A stretch of 64,000 nucleotides of DNA from an uncultured Chloroflexia bacterium (GTDB lineage: Bacteria; Chloroflexota; Limnocylindria; Limnocylindrales; CSP1-4): contig CAVVCZ010000005.1 in the NCBI GenBank assembly GCA_963746845.1, forward strand, positions 288,001-352,000, read 5' to 3'. Below, piece by piece: positions 1 through 9,761 of the stretch. The notes beneath the pieces were generated by a model. It was not told the origin of the DNA. It did not search any database and worked only from the letters and a program-made list of their open reading frames with translations. The position numbers were made by a program, and so were the translations under genes. The first letter of the stretch is position 1; the number at the start of each line of letters is the position of its first letter.

Positions 1-542
1 CTGCGCCGGAGCGCGGCCTGGATGACGACGCCGGAATCGCCGTGCCCGGCATTGACCGGTCGGAGGGCCCGCCACAGGGCCATCGTCGCCTCGGTCGTGT
101 CGTGGGTCTCCATGTCGATCCGGACGAAGGCGTCGCACGCGGCGGCCCGGACCAGGATCCGCTCGACGTTCTCTCGGCAGACCGCGTCGTCGAGCCCGAG
201 GCCCATCTGGCTGAGCTTCACGCTGACGTTGCGATCGAGGCCGCGGGCCGCGAGCGCGTCGAGGGTCGCGAGATAGTCGTCGGCGGCGGCCCGCGCGTCG
301 ACAACCGAGGTGACGGCCTCGCCGAGGACGTCCACGGTCGTGCGCAGCCCGGCCGCGTGGAGGCGGTCCAGGGCGACGAGGGCCTCGTCGAGGGTCTCGC
401 CGGCGACGAACCGGGCCACCATCGAGCGGGTGACGGGGAGGCGGGTTGCCAGCCGACCGAGGGACCGCCGGCGGGAGAGCCACAGCAGGAACGAGCGCAG
501 GGCCCGCTCGGGAGCCGCACGGAGGGCGGTGGTGGCCGGCAC
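1..542 (-). CDS. Proline dehydrogenase (monofunctional PRODH), 3' end runs off the window
   Basis: Not in ORF track. Manual translation from GTG 542: ...RFVAGETLDEAL...TTVDVLGE...NVSVKLSQMGL...FVRIDME...GVVIQA, the conserved PRODH motifs. TACCAT -10 box 6 nt upstream. Confidence 0.9.
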   Translation of the reverse strand, partial: MPATTALRAAPERALRSFLLWLSRRRSLGRLATRLPVTRSMVARFVAGETLDEALVALDRLHAAGLRTTVDVLGEAVTSVVDARAAADDYLATLDALAARGLDRNVSVKLSQMGLGLDDAVCRENVERILVRAAACDAFVRIDMETHDTTEATMALWRALRPVNAGHGDSGVVIQAALRR

Positions 543-585
543 GGAGCGATGGTAGTCGCTGGGTCTGTGGACTAGCATCGCGCTG

Positions 586-1191
586 ATGACGATCCCCGAC
601 CTCGGCTCGGACCTGCTCAGCGTCGCGCTTCGGACGGCGATCGTCTACGTCGTCCTCGTCGTCTTCTTCCGTGTCGTCGGCAAGCGCGAGGCCGGGCAGC
701 TCTCGACCCTGGATCTGATCGTCCTCCTGGTCATCGCCAACGCCGTCCAGAACGCGATGGTCGGGGAGAACGTGACGCTGATCGGCGGGCTGCTGGCCGC
801 CGCGGTCATCCTGGCCCTCGACTGGGCCCTCCACATGCTGAACGACCGGTTTCCGCGGCTCCGCAAGGTGGTCGAAGGAGAGCCCGTTCTCCTCGTCCGC
901 GACGGAGAGATCCTCCACGACCGCCTCTCGAGCCAGGACCTGACCGTCCGGGAGCTCGCGATCGCCCTCCGCCAGAACGGCCTGCTCACGGTGGCCGAGG
1001 CCCGGTTCGTCTATCTCGAGACCAACGGCCAGATCAGCGTGATCCCGCGACATTCGGGCGAGGACGAGTCGGGCGACGCCGCATTCGATCCCGACAACCC
1101 CGATGCCGGGATGGCCGGCGGTCCGGGGGACGACGAGACACGCCACCATCGGCGACGCCGGCCGGGCAAGCTGTCGGGGACCTCGACCTAG
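586..1191 (+). CDS. DUF421/YetF family membrane protein
   Basis: GKREAGQLSTLDLIVLL, EGEPVLLVRDG and LETNGQISV motifs; 3 TM segments. Confidence 0.9.
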   Translation: MTIPDLGSDLLSVALRTAIVYVVLVVFFRVVGKREAGQLSTLDLIVLLVIANAVQNAMVGENVTLIGGLLAAAVILALDWALHMLNDRFPRLRKVVEGEPVLLVRDGEILHDRLSSQDLTVRELAIALRQNGLLTVAEARFVYLETNGQISVIPRHSGEDESGDAAFDPDNPDAGMAGGPGDDETRHHRRRRPGKLSGTST

Positions 1192-3248
1192 CGCGCGTCC
1201 CCGTCGGGGCGCCCGCGACCGCCGGCCTTCGCGACGCTGTCGCCGTCGTCCGGCAGCGCCTCGAGGTCGTCCATCAGGTACCGCCGGAGGAACGCGCGGA
1301 TCCGGTTGAAGGCGTCGCGCTTGTTCTCCGGCCGGTCCCAGCCGTGCCCCTCGTCGTCGTACCAGTGGACCTCGTGGTGCTTGCCCTCGATCTCGAGCGC
1401 CTCGATCATCTTCTCGCTCATCAGCGGGACGACGCGCCGGTCCTTCCGGCCATGGAGGATCAGGAGCGGCGCCTCGATCCGCTCCGCCCGGTACAGCGGC
1501 GAGCCGCGTCGGTAGGCGGCGGCCTTCGCCGGGTCGTCCGGCGAGCCCATCATCCGGGCGAGATCGAGCCGGCCCGGCCGGTCCCCGTGACGGTAGCTCT
1601 CCGCGATCTCCGAATCCCCATACAGATCGACGCCGACCGCCCAGAGCGACGGCTCCTCGACGAGCGACGTCAGGACGAGATAGCCCCCGTACGACCCGCC
1701 GTAGATCCCGAGCCGGCCGTTCGACCACGACTGGGCGGCGACCCAGCGGGCCGCGTCGACCATGTCGTGGGTGTCGGCGTTGCCCCATTCGCCGGCGTTC
1801 GCCTCGCGGAACGCCCGGCCATAGCCGGTCGAGCCGCGGAAGTCGACGTCGAGGAACGCGAACCCTTCGCGGACGAGCAGCTGCTTGAACGGGACCCACG
1901 CGCGGTACGCCTGCCAGGTCGGCCCGCCGTGGGGGTAGAGGACGGTCGGGACGCGGGTCGAACCGCGCTTCCCGGTCGCGGCCGCCGGACGCCACAGCGT
2001 GCCCTCGATCCGGAGCCCGTCGCGGGCCTTGAACGAGATCCGCTCGCCCTGGATCGACCGGTCCGGCCCGAACGCCGCCTCGAGGACGGCCGGCATCGAG
2101 CTCGTGACCTGGCGCGGCCTGGCGCCGGCCGGTGCGGCACCCGGGACGGGCAGGAGCCAGACGTCCTGTGGCCGGTCCTGGCTCTCGCCGATCGCGACGA
2201 GCCCGGTGCCATCGGCCGTGAACCCGACGGCGCGCCAGACGCCCGGCCATGGGTTGATGACCCGTCCTGCACCCGCGGCGACGGTCGGCGGCGGGTTCTT
2301 CGGCGGGCGGCCGCGACCGCGCTTGACGGGCTCGCTCCCGGCGATCGGCGCGACGACGAGGTCGATCAGCGCGTCGTGGACGTCGGGGTGGACGAAGCGC
2401 GACCCGTCGGGCGACGCCAGGGCCGCGTAGCCGAAACCCCCGGACGGCTCACCATGATCGCGCTTGCCGCTGGTGAGGACGGTCTTCGTCCGCCCGTCGG
2501 CGGCGAGGCGGATCACCTGGAACCAGCCGTCCGCATCGGACACATGGAGGAACCCGCCGCCGGGCACCGCGCGCGGACCGGCGGCCCACTCCCGGCCACC
2601 GCCGGCGACCCGCCGCTCCTCACCGCTCGCGACGTCGACGAGGTGGATCTCCGAAAGGGCAAACTCCGGCCCGCGGAACGACTGCGTCGCGATCGATCCA
2701 CCGTCGGCCGACCAGACGACGTCCTCGACGTCGAAGCCGGTCGCCGTCAGGGCGCGCGGCTCGGGTGGCTTCGGGTCACGCGCCGGCCGGCCGCGTCGTG
2801 GGATCGGGGCGTCGACGAGCCACACCTGCGACCAGCCACGGCGCCGCGAGACGAATGACATCCCCCGGCCATCGGGCGACCAGCGGGGCATCGACACCCC
2901 GGCCGGATGGCTCGCGACGAGCACGTCCCGGCCCCCGTCGAGATCGACGATCCGGATCTCGTCGCCGCGGACATACGCCAGGCGTCGTCCATCGGGCGAC
3001 CACTGGGGATCGCCGATGTCCTTCTCGGAGGCGGTGATGGCCGTGGGCGTCCCGCCGCGCAGCGACCCGACCAGGATCTGGCGGGCACCGGCGATCGGCG
3101 CGGTCCAGGCGATGACGCGGTCGCGCGGATGGACCCGGACCTCGCGGGGCGGGTCGACGGCGACGATCCGCTCGATCGTCAGCCCGCCCGTCGCCGCCGC
3201 CAGCGGGGCTCCGGATGCCCGGCCGCTCGGGCCGTCGGCTCGTGTCAT
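1188..3248 (-). CDS. S9 family peptidase (acylaminoacyl/dipeptidyl peptidase) with TolB-like beta-propeller
   Basis: WSPDG repeats, HGGP, RGSTGYG, GGSYGG catalytic Ser, HGxxD, EGH. ATG at 3248 follows a GAGGAGG RBS. Confidence 0.92.
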   Translation of the reverse strand: MTRADGPSGRASGAPLAAATGGLTIERIVAVDPPREVRVHPRDRVIAWTAPIAGARQILVGSLRGGTPTAITASEKDIGDPQWSPDGRRLAYVRGDEIRIVDLDGGRDVLVASHPAGVSMPRWSPDGRGMSFVSRRRGWSQVWLVDAPIPRRGRPARDPKPPEPRALTATGFDVEDVVWSADGGSIATQSFRGPEFALSEIHLVDVASGEERRVAGGGREWAAGPRAVPGGGFLHVSDADGWFQVIRLAADGRTKTVLTSGKRDHGEPSGGFGYAALASPDGSRFVHPDVHDALIDLVVAPIAGSEPVKRGRGRPPKNPPPTVAAGAGRVINPWPGVWRAVGFTADGTGLVAIGESQDRPQDVWLLPVPGAAPAGARPRQVTSSMPAVLEAAFGPDRSIQGERISFKARDGLRIEGTLWRPAAATGKRGSTRVPTVLYPHGGPTWQAYRAWVPFKQLLVREGFAFLDVDFRGSTGYGRAFREANAGEWGNADTHDMVDAARWVAAQSWSNGRLGIYGGSYGGYLVLTSLVEEPSLWAVGVDLYGDSEIAESYRHGDRPGRLDLARMMGSPDDPAKAAAYRRGSPLYRAERIEAPLLILHGRKDRRVVPLMSEKMIEALEIEGKHHEVHWYDDEGHGWDRPENKRDAFNRIRAFLRRYLMDDLEALPDDGDSVAKAGGRGRPDGDAR

Positions 3249-3268
3249 CGATCCTCCTCGGGGGTCGT

Positions 3269-4357
3269 TCAGTGTCGGTTCGGGTCTGGCCGCGCGGGCC
3301 AGGCCAGCCGGGCCGCCCATGGCCCGATCATCGCGTGATGGGCGCGGACGTGGCCGTGCAGGTCCTCGTAGGCCCAGCTGAAGCCCTCCGGGTCCAGCCA
3401 CTCGTCGTCGGTCATCGCCCGGATCGCCGCCCGAAGCCGGCTGATCCCGGCGTCGTAGCGCGCTCGCAGCTCCGCGGGCGGGGTCCCCCGCGCGGCGTCG
3501 ACCTGGCGCTCGTTGAACGCGTCGACGCCGTCCGGCGGCATGTCCGTCCAGCCGTCACCGGCCGCATGCCGCTCCAGCGCCCGCGCTCCCTCGTCGAACC
3601 AGCCGGCGACGTGAGCGACATGATCCGCAAGCGACCAGTGCGTCCCGGGTCGCCGCGCCCAGTCCGCGTCCGGCACCGATGCCAGGGTCTCGCGGAACGC
3701 CGCGTCGACCGAGCCGTCCTCGGCCCAGAACCTGCGGATGGCGGCCACCATGTCGCGGCGGGTCGGCTGGGGATCCGGGCCGAACGGATCATTGCCGACC
3801 TGGCGCGACCGGAGCTGGTCGGCCCACGGCTCGAGGACGTTCAGGTGGTCGATCGCGTGGCCGTGCAGGACCTGGTGGACCCAGCCCCACGCGGCATCGC
3901 TCCGGATCGTCTCGGCCGGCAGCCGCCGCGCGATCTCCACGGCACGAGCGTGCGCGACGTTGACCCGGCCCCGGACATCGGCCGGCGCGAGATCGGCGTT
4001 GAGGTCGCGTCGTCGCTCGTTGAACGTGTCGAAGTCGCCGCCGTCGTAGTCGTCATCGGACGGCCATGGGCGGCCGTCGAGGACGCCGCCGATGTAGTCG
4101 GTCGCGAGGTCCCACCAGTCGACGAGGTGACCGACGTGGTCGAGGAGGGACCAGTCCCGGCCTCCGGCGTCCGATGGCGCCGCCCCCGGGAGTCGCCACG
4201 CGGCGTCGTCGAGCCCCGCCCATGACGCGATCAACCGGTCGTGGAGGGCGGCTTCGTCGGCCCAGTAGTCGCGCGCGGCCGAGCGGAAATCGAGCGCCCG
4301 GAGCTCGGCGAGCGGCGCCCGACGAAGGTCGATCCGGCCGTCGACGACGACCGTCAC
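3269..4357 (-). CDS. Tandem DinB/ClbS-DfsB-like four-helix-bundle protein
   Basis: Two repeats: WSLLDHVGHL...HGHAIDH and WSLADHVAHV...HGHVRAH. GTG start overlaps the proC stop (GTGA). Confidence 0.75.
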   Translation of the reverse strand: MTVVVDGRIDLRRAPLAELRALDFRSAARDYWADEAALHDRLIASWAGLDDAAWRLPGAAPSDAGGRDWSLLDHVGHLVDWWDLATDYIGGVLDGRPWPSDDDYDGGDFDTFNERRRDLNADLAPADVRGRVNVAHARAVEIARRLPAETIRSDAAWGWVHQVLHGHAIDHLNVLEPWADQLRSRQVGNDPFGPDPQPTRRDMVAAIRRFWAEDGSVDAAFRETLASVPDADWARRPGTHWSLADHVAHVAGWFDEGARALERHAAGDGWTDMPPDGVDAFNERQVDAARGTPPAELRARYDAGISRLRAAIRAMTDDEWLDPEGFSWAYEDLHGHVRAHHAMIGPWAARLAWPARPDPNRH

Positions 4358-5214
4358 GCCCGATCGTGCGGGTCGGCGGCGACCTGGGCCTCGAGCTGAT
4401 CGCCGAGCTCGACGGTCCGGCGGAACGCCGCCCAGACCGCCTCGGACAGGACGGTCCGGAGCCGGCCCGACTCCAGCTCGTGGAGCGCCGCCGCGGACGT
4501 CCCGCCCGGCGACGTCACCATGTTCCGCAGCTCCGCCGGATGCATCGCCGACTGCTTGGCGAAGAGCGTGCTGCCCTCGAGCGTGTCGATGACGAGGTCG
4601 TGCGCGACGTGACGCGGGAAGCCGAGATGGACGGCCGCGTCGATCAGCGCCTCCATCACGAGGAACACGTAGGTCGGGCCCGTGCCGGAGACGGCGGTCG
4701 CCATCGCGACCATCTTCTCGTCGTCGACCTCGATCTGGGTCCCGAGGGCGGCGAGGAGGGCGGCCGCCTGGGCGCGCTGGTCCTCGGTCGTCGCCGGCGT
4801 CGCGTACCAGACGGTGACGCCCTTGCCGAGCCGGGCCGGCGTGTTCGGCATCGCCCGGATCACCTGGTCGTGTCCGAGCGTTCCGGTCAACGCGGCGGTC
4901 GTCGCCCCGGCGAGGACGCTCAGCACGAGCTGGCCGCGTGACAGGGCCGGGCCGATCTCGCGACCGACCCGGGAGAGCATCTGGGGCTTGATCCCGAGGA
5001 GGACGACGTCGGCGCCGTCGATCGCCTCCCGGTTGTCGCCGACGACGCGGATCCCGTACTCGGCGCGGAGATGATCGCGCCGTTCCGCGCGGGGATGGCT
5101 GGCGACGATCTGGTCCGGCGAGACGAGCTCGCCGCGGAGCAGGCCGGCGATCATCGCCTCGGCCATGACACCGGATCCGACGGTGGCGATGGTTCGATCG
5201 CTGAGGGGGTTCAT
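4354..5214 (-). CDS. proC: Pyrroline-5-carboxylate reductase
   Basis: GSGVMA, IKPQ, RAMPNTP, SGTGPTY and VTSPGGTS motifs. Confidence 0.97.
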   Translation of the reverse strand: MNPLSDRTIATVGSGVMAEAMIAGLLRGELVSPDQIVASHPRAERRDHLRAEYGIRVVGDNREAIDGADVVLLGIKPQMLSRVGREIGPALSRGQLVLSVLAGATTAALTGTLGHDQVIRAMPNTPARLGKGVTVWYATPATTEDQRAQAAALLAALGTQIEVDDEKMVAMATAVSGTGPTYVFLVMEALIDAAVHLGFPRHVAHDLVIDTLEGSTLFAKQSAMHPAELRNMVTSPGGTSAAALHELESGRLRTVLSEAVWAAFRRTVELGDQLEAQVAADPHDRA

Positions 5215-5347
5215 CCGGGCGAGTATCGCATGGGATTTGCCCGGAAGCCGTGCGGGTCACCAGCTGCAACGCGCGCTTTATGCGGTTCGCGCGTGCAGGG
5301 ACCGGTCTTTGTCAAGTCAACGGACTGACGAGCCTGAACGTCCGGCG

Positions 5348-6013
5348 TCAGCCCCGCACCGCGGTGGCGAGGATGAAGAAACGTCCGGTCGTCGTCACCC
5401 GGGCGTCGACGAAGCCGGCCGCCCGAAGGTCGTCGGCGATCTCCTCGGGCGTGCGGTAGACCTTGACGACGGTGAACTCACGGCCATCCGCAAGGCGACG
5501 GACCGAACGGTCGTCCGCCGGGGGGACGTGGTCGGCCGCGCCCGATTGCGGATCCGGCAGCGAGTCGATGAGCGTGATGCGGCCGCCCGGTGCCAGCCAC
5601 CGCGCCGCAAGCGCGAGGAAGTCCGCGGTCCGCGCCCGCTCGACGTGGCTCAGCCAGAAGCCCGCGAACAGCGCCCCGGCCGGATCGCCGTCCGGCTCGG
5701 CCCACGCGTCGCGAACGTGGAGATGGGCGCGGAGCCCGTGCGCGACGAGACGCTCGCGCGCGCGCTCGAGCGGGGCGGGCGTCGCATCCGAGATCCACAG
5801 CTCCCCCTTCCCGGCGAGGAGCGGCGACCACCAGCCGGTGCCGGCGGCGAGCTCGACGATCCTGCCTGCCATCGGCAGGTCGTCCAGCCAGCGTCCCGCC
5901 GCGTCGAGCTCGGCGTTCCAGGCGGTGTCGTGGACCGGCCCGTGCGAATACCGGCCACGGCGGAGGTACCAGTCGTCGTATTCGCCGGCTCGGGCCTCGT
6001 AGTACTCGACCAT
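5348..6013 (-). CDS. Class I SAM-dependent methyltransferase (probably with an upstream Zn-ribbon extension, see findings)
   Basis: YYEARAGEYDDWY, VELAAGTGWW SAM motif, FWLSHV. The reading frame stays open upstream to 6307. Confidence 0.88.
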   Translation of the reverse strand: MVEYYEARAGEYDDWYLRRGRYSHGPVHDTAWNAELDAAGRWLDDLPMAGRIVELAAGTGWWSPLLAGKGELWISDATPAPLERARERLVAHGLRAHLHVRDAWAEPDGDPAGALFAGFWLSHVERARTADFLALAARWLAPGGRITLIDSLPDPQSGAADHVPPADDRSVRRLADGREFTVVKVYRTPEEIADDLRAAGFVDARVTTTGRFFILATAVRG

Positions 6014-6307
6014 CTCGCGGGCGACGTCCGCGGTCGGCGACGGAGTCGGTGACGGCGAGGGCGGGGTCGACGTCGTGGTCGTGGCCGCGTTCGCCCGCGC
6101 CTCGAGCGCCGCCTTCAGCCGGAACCGGAGGAAGGGGTTGTCGCCTGCCTTGCCGAGGCAGTCCGGGCAGAGCTGGGCGTAGCCCTCGAGGTCGTCGGGG
6201 CCGCGTGTCGTCCAGGCCTGCCCGCACCAGAGACAGGCAAAGCTGGATCGCGGCCCGGCCGGGCTTGCCGGGGTCGCCGGCGCGCCGATGCGATGCTCCG
6301 GCCATCG

Positions 6308-7234
6308 TCAGCCGATCGGTGTCCAGCCGGTCGCGGGCGACAGGTCGCGGAATGCCTCGGGGTCGAAGATCTCGGCGAGCATCTCGATCCCGTCGACGAT
6401 CCGCGGTCCGGGCCGCGAGAAGTAGGACGACCCGTCGAGCGCGATGAGGTGGCCGCGCCGGATCGCCGGGAGGTCCTCGACCCAGTCCGGTCGTGGCGTG
6501 GCCGCCCACTCCGACACCGTCTCGCCGAGGTGGTAGCCGCACGGCATCAGAAGAAGCAGGTCGGGGTCGACCTCCGCGACCGCGTCCCACGTCGTCTCGC
6601 GGGCCGGTTCGCCGTCCTGGCCGAGGAGGTCCCAGCCACCGGCCCGTCGGATCTGGTCCGGCACCCAGTGGCCGACGGCGAACGGCGGGTCGAGCCACTC
6701 GAGGCCGACGACGCGTGGCCCGACGAACCCGGCCTCTCGGCGCTGCTGGGCCTTCGATTCGATCGCGCCGAGCCGCTCGCGCAGACGCCCGACGAGGTCG
6801 ACGGCGGCGTCCTCGGCGTCGGCCATGGCACCGACCGTGGCGATCGTGTTGAGGATGCCCTCGACGGTCGTCGGCTCGAGCGAGATCACGGTCGACTGGA
6901 GCTCGAGCGCCCGGACCGCGTCGCTGACCTCGCGATAGCCGACGGCGCACACGGCACACAGCTCCTGGGTGAGGATCAGGTCCGCGTCGGCGGCTTCGAG
7001 CGCGTCCTCATCGAGCTGGTAGATGGCCGATCCGCCATGGACGGCCTCCCCGACCCGGCGATGGATCTCGCGGCTCGTCGCCCCGTGGAGGTCGAGCGCG
7101 TTCCGGGTCATGACCGGCAACCCGACGACGTCCGGCGGCCAGTCGCATTCGTGGGTCACCCCCACGAGCTCGTCCCGCAGCCCGAGCGCGCACACGATCT
7201 CGGTGGCGGACGGGAGGAGCGAGACGATGCGCAT
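6308..7234 (-). CDS. Cobalamin-binding / BtuF-like substrate-binding protein without a signal peptide
   Basis: MRIVSLLPSATEIV, VGVTHECDWP, TQELCAVCAV, LEWLDP and FSRPGPR motifs. Confidence 0.88.
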   Translation of the reverse strand: MRIVSLLPSATEIVCALGLRDELVGVTHECDWPPDVVGLPVMTRNALDLHGATSREIHRRVGEAVHGGSAIYQLDEDALEAADADLILTQELCAVCAVGYREVSDAVRALELQSTVISLEPTTVEGILNTIATVGAMADAEDAAVDLVGRLRERLGAIESKAQQRREAGFVGPRVVGLEWLDPPFAVGHWVPDQIRRAGGWDLLGQDGEPARETTWDAVAEVDPDLLLLMPCGYHLGETVSEWAATPRPDWVEDLPAIRRGHLIALDGSSYFSRPGPRIVDGIEMLAEIFDPEAFRDLSPATGWTPIG

Positions 7235-7266
7235 GGATCAGGGTCGGCCGTGTGCCGACCCGGGCG

Positions 7267-7554
7267 TCACGCGGGCTTGAGCTCGTCGACGGCCGCGCGC
7301 GCCGCCGCCTTGTCCGTGTACCAGGTGGCGTCGATCTTCGTGTAGTTCGCCCACTCGGTCGGCAGCGACTCCTCGGGGAAGATCGCGTTCACCGGACACT
7401 CGGGCTCGCAGGCGCCACAGTCGATGCACTCGTTCGGGTCGATGAAGAGCTTCCGGTCCGTGCCTTCCTCGTAATGGATGCAGTCGACCGGGCAGACCGA
7501 GACGCACGAGATGTCGAGCACATCGATGCACGGCTCGGCGATCACATAGGCCAT
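7267..7554 (-). CDS. fdxA: 7Fe-type ([3Fe-4S]/[4Fe-4S]) ferredoxin
   Basis: MAYVIAEPC...CVSVCPVDCI...CIDCGACEPECPV; GAGGAG RBS. Confidence 0.93.
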   Translation of the reverse strand: MAYVIAEPCIDVLDISCVSVCPVDCIHYEEGTDRKLFIDPNECIDCGACEPECPVNAIFPEESLPTEWANYTKIDATWYTDKAAARAAVDELKPA

Positions 7555-8153
7555 GGGGTTCGTTCTCCTCGACCCGCGAGCTCCACTGGCGCCGCCCCGA
7601 TGGCGGGCCCGAATCCTAGCACCGAGCCACGCGACGACGACACGGGTACGGACGCGGACGGCAGGCCCGCCCCACCGGCGACGACCACGCTCGCGCGCAT
7701 CCCCTTCTCCCAGTGGCTCGGGATGTGACAGCCGAGCAGGAGCCGGCTGACCTCCGCGGCGGTCGGCGGCACGTTCCACGTCACGTCCACGCGCTGCCCG
7801 GACGGGACGACGACGCGGATGCCGGCGACGTCCGGCGGGACGCTCACCGCGGGCGTGGGTCCGGGCGGCGCGTCGACCGTGGCCAGCTCGGCGGCCTCCC
7901 ATGCGTCCTGGACGGCCTGGTCGCCGATCACCAGCTCGTGGATCTCGAGGCCGCCGTTCACGACGTGGAGGAGCACCGTCTCGCCGGGCACGACGTCGAC
8001 CGGGTCGGGCAGGAAGATCCAGTCCTTCAGGACGATGTTCACCTCGCGCGGCGTCGTCGACGAGCCCGGCGTGATCGGCGGGGTCGCGGGCGGGGCGCCG
8101 GCGTCGCACGCCACGAGGACGCAGGCGATCACGACGAGGAGGAGGGTGCGCAC
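7542..8153 (-). CDS. Cupredoxin (blue copper) lipoprotein
   Basis: Lipobox LVAC, HELVIG, and C-H-M ligand loop GCHIPSHWEKGM. Confidence 0.8.
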   Translation of the reverse strand: MRTLLLVVIACVLVACDAGAPPATPPITPGSSTTPREVNIVLKDWIFLPDPVDVVPGETVLLHVVNGGLEIHELVIGDQAVQDAWEAAELATVDAPPGPTPAVSVPPDVAGIRVVVPSGQRVDVTWNVPPTAAEVSRLLLGCHIPSHWEKGMRASVVVAGGAGLPSASVPVSSSRGSVLGFGPAIGAAPVELAGRGERTPWPM

Positions 8154-8467
8154 GGCGGGAGTCTAGGGTCAGGTCGGCCGACGCGGCGTCGCGCGGGGCA
8201 CGTCCGCCGGGCCCTCATCTGAGCGACGGCCATGCGCATGGCGCGGCAAACGACGTCCGAACGGCCTGTCGACGCGTTCGGGGCCCCGAATTCGCGGTCT
8301 CAGGCGCCGAATCAGGCGCTGAGCGCCTGAGCTGGCGCCCGGCGGGCCCGTCGGTCGTCGTTTCAGGCCGTGGGCGCATGGCGAGCCGGCGAGAGCGCCG
8401 GTAGGCGTGCGACACGACGGGCGCCCAACTCGCACGACCGCCCCGCGCGACGAGGGCGCCGATCGGC

Positions 8468-8497
8468 TTGACACTGGCGCGAGACGCGCCGCACAGT
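8468..8497 (+). promoter_or_regulatory. Putative sigma70 promoter of the polyamine ABC operon
   Basis: TTGACA-N18-CACAGT upstream of the potA-like gene. Confidence 0.45.
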
Positions 8498-8583
8498 GCG
8501 GCATCGCCCGCGCGGGGGCGCGTGCGTGGTGCCGTCACGCCCGCGCCGGCGGGCCGAGACCCGGACCCAGACCGAGGACTCCG

Positions 8584-9747
8584 TTGGCCGTTCCGAGCCC
8601 GACCACCGTCCCCGTGGACCGATCCGCCGTCACGGCCGACCCGTCCACGCCCTCGGGCGAGGCCGTCCCCGCGGTCCGTCTCGAGGGGCTGACGAAGTCC
8701 TTCGGGAACGACGCCGCGGGTCAGCGGGTCTCGGCGTCGAGCCAGGGGGCGCCCGGGGCGCCATCCCTCGTCGCCGTCGACCACATCGACCTGGACGTCC
8801 GCGACGGCGAGTTCTTCTCGATGCTCGGCCCGTCCGGGTCCGGCAAGACGACGACCCTGCGGATGATCGCGGGGTTCGAGCTGCCGACATCCGGCCGCGT
8901 CCTCCTCCACGGCGTCGACGTCTCGAACCAGCCCCCGTTCCAGCGTGACGTCAACACCGTGTTCCAGGACTACGCGCTCTTCCCGCACATGACGGTCGGG
9001 GACAACGTCGGGTACGGGCTCGTCGTGCGGAAGGTTCCCAAGGACGAGCGCCGGCGTCGCGTCGGCGAGGCGCTCGACATGGTTCGACTCACCGGCTACG
9101 AGGGACGCAAGCCGGGACAGCTCTCTGGTGGCCAGCGACAGCGTGTCGCGCTGGCCCGGGCGCTCGTCAATCGACCGCGCGTGCTGCTCCTCGACGAGCC
9201 GCTGGGCGCGCTCGACCTGAAGCTCCGGGAGGAGATGCAGATCGAGCTCAAGGGGATCCAGCAGCAGGTCGGAATCACGTTCATCTACGTCACCCACGAC
9301 CAGGAAGAAGCGCTCACGATGAGCGACCGCCTGGCCGTCTTCAATCGCGGGAGGATCGAGCAGGTCGGGGCTCCCGCGGACGTCTACGAGCGACCGGCGA
9401 CGGCATTCGTGGCCGGGTTCGTGGGGACCTCCAATCTGCTCTCGGGCGAGGTCGCCCGATCCATCGCCGGTCAGGAGGGGACGTTCACCGTCCGCCCCGA
9501 GAAGATCCGCCTGGCCGAGCCGGAGGACCCGGTCTCGGCGGATGAGGTGTCGGCGCTGGGCCGCATCCGGAGCGTCGTCTACCTCGGGCCGGACACGCGC
9601 TATGTCGTGACGCTCGACGCGGGGACCGAGCTCGTCGTCACCCAGCAGAACCTCGCCACCTCGTCGATGGATGCCCTCGCCCTCGAAGGGAAGGCCGTCC
9701 GCCTGATCTGGAATCGCCAGCACACGTTCGCGATCACCGCAGCTTGA
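8584..9747 (+). CDS. potA: Polyamine (spermidine/putrescine) ABC transporter ATP-binding protein
   Basis: [36 protein letters not shown]-terminal TOBE. TTG start after GAGGA (start uncertain). Confidence 0.9.
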   Translation: MAVPSPTTVPVDRSAVTADPSTPSGEAVPAVRLEGLTKSFGNDAAGQRVSASSQGAPGAPSLVAVDHIDLDVRDGEFFSMLGPSGSGKTTTLRMIAGFELPTSGRVLLHGVDVSNQPPFQRDVNTVFQDYALFPHMTVGDNVGYGLVVRKVPKDERRRRVGEALDMVRLTGYEGRKPGQLSGGQRQRVALARALVNRPRVLLLDEPLGALDLKLREEMQIELKGIQQQVGITFIYVTHDQEEALTMSDRLAVFNRGRIEQVGAPADVYERPATAFVAGFVGTSNLLSGEVARSIAGQEGTFTVRPEKIRLAEPEDPVSADEVSALGRIRSVVYLGPDTRYVVTLDAGTELVVTQQNLATSSMDALALEGKAVRLIWNRQHTFAITAA

Positions 9748-9761
9748 GGAGGAGCAGCAGC

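Noticed and set aside
5260-5347. Hairpin plus CTGACGAG hammerhead-like core upstream of proC
   Set aside because: No GAAA after the putative stem II; the hairpin is adequately explained as a terminator or UTR stem
6308-7554. hgcAB-like mercury methylation pair (corrinoid protein + ferredoxin)
   Set aside because: The protein is BtuF-fold with no HgcA cap-helix motif or TM domain; the ferredoxin is FdxA-type
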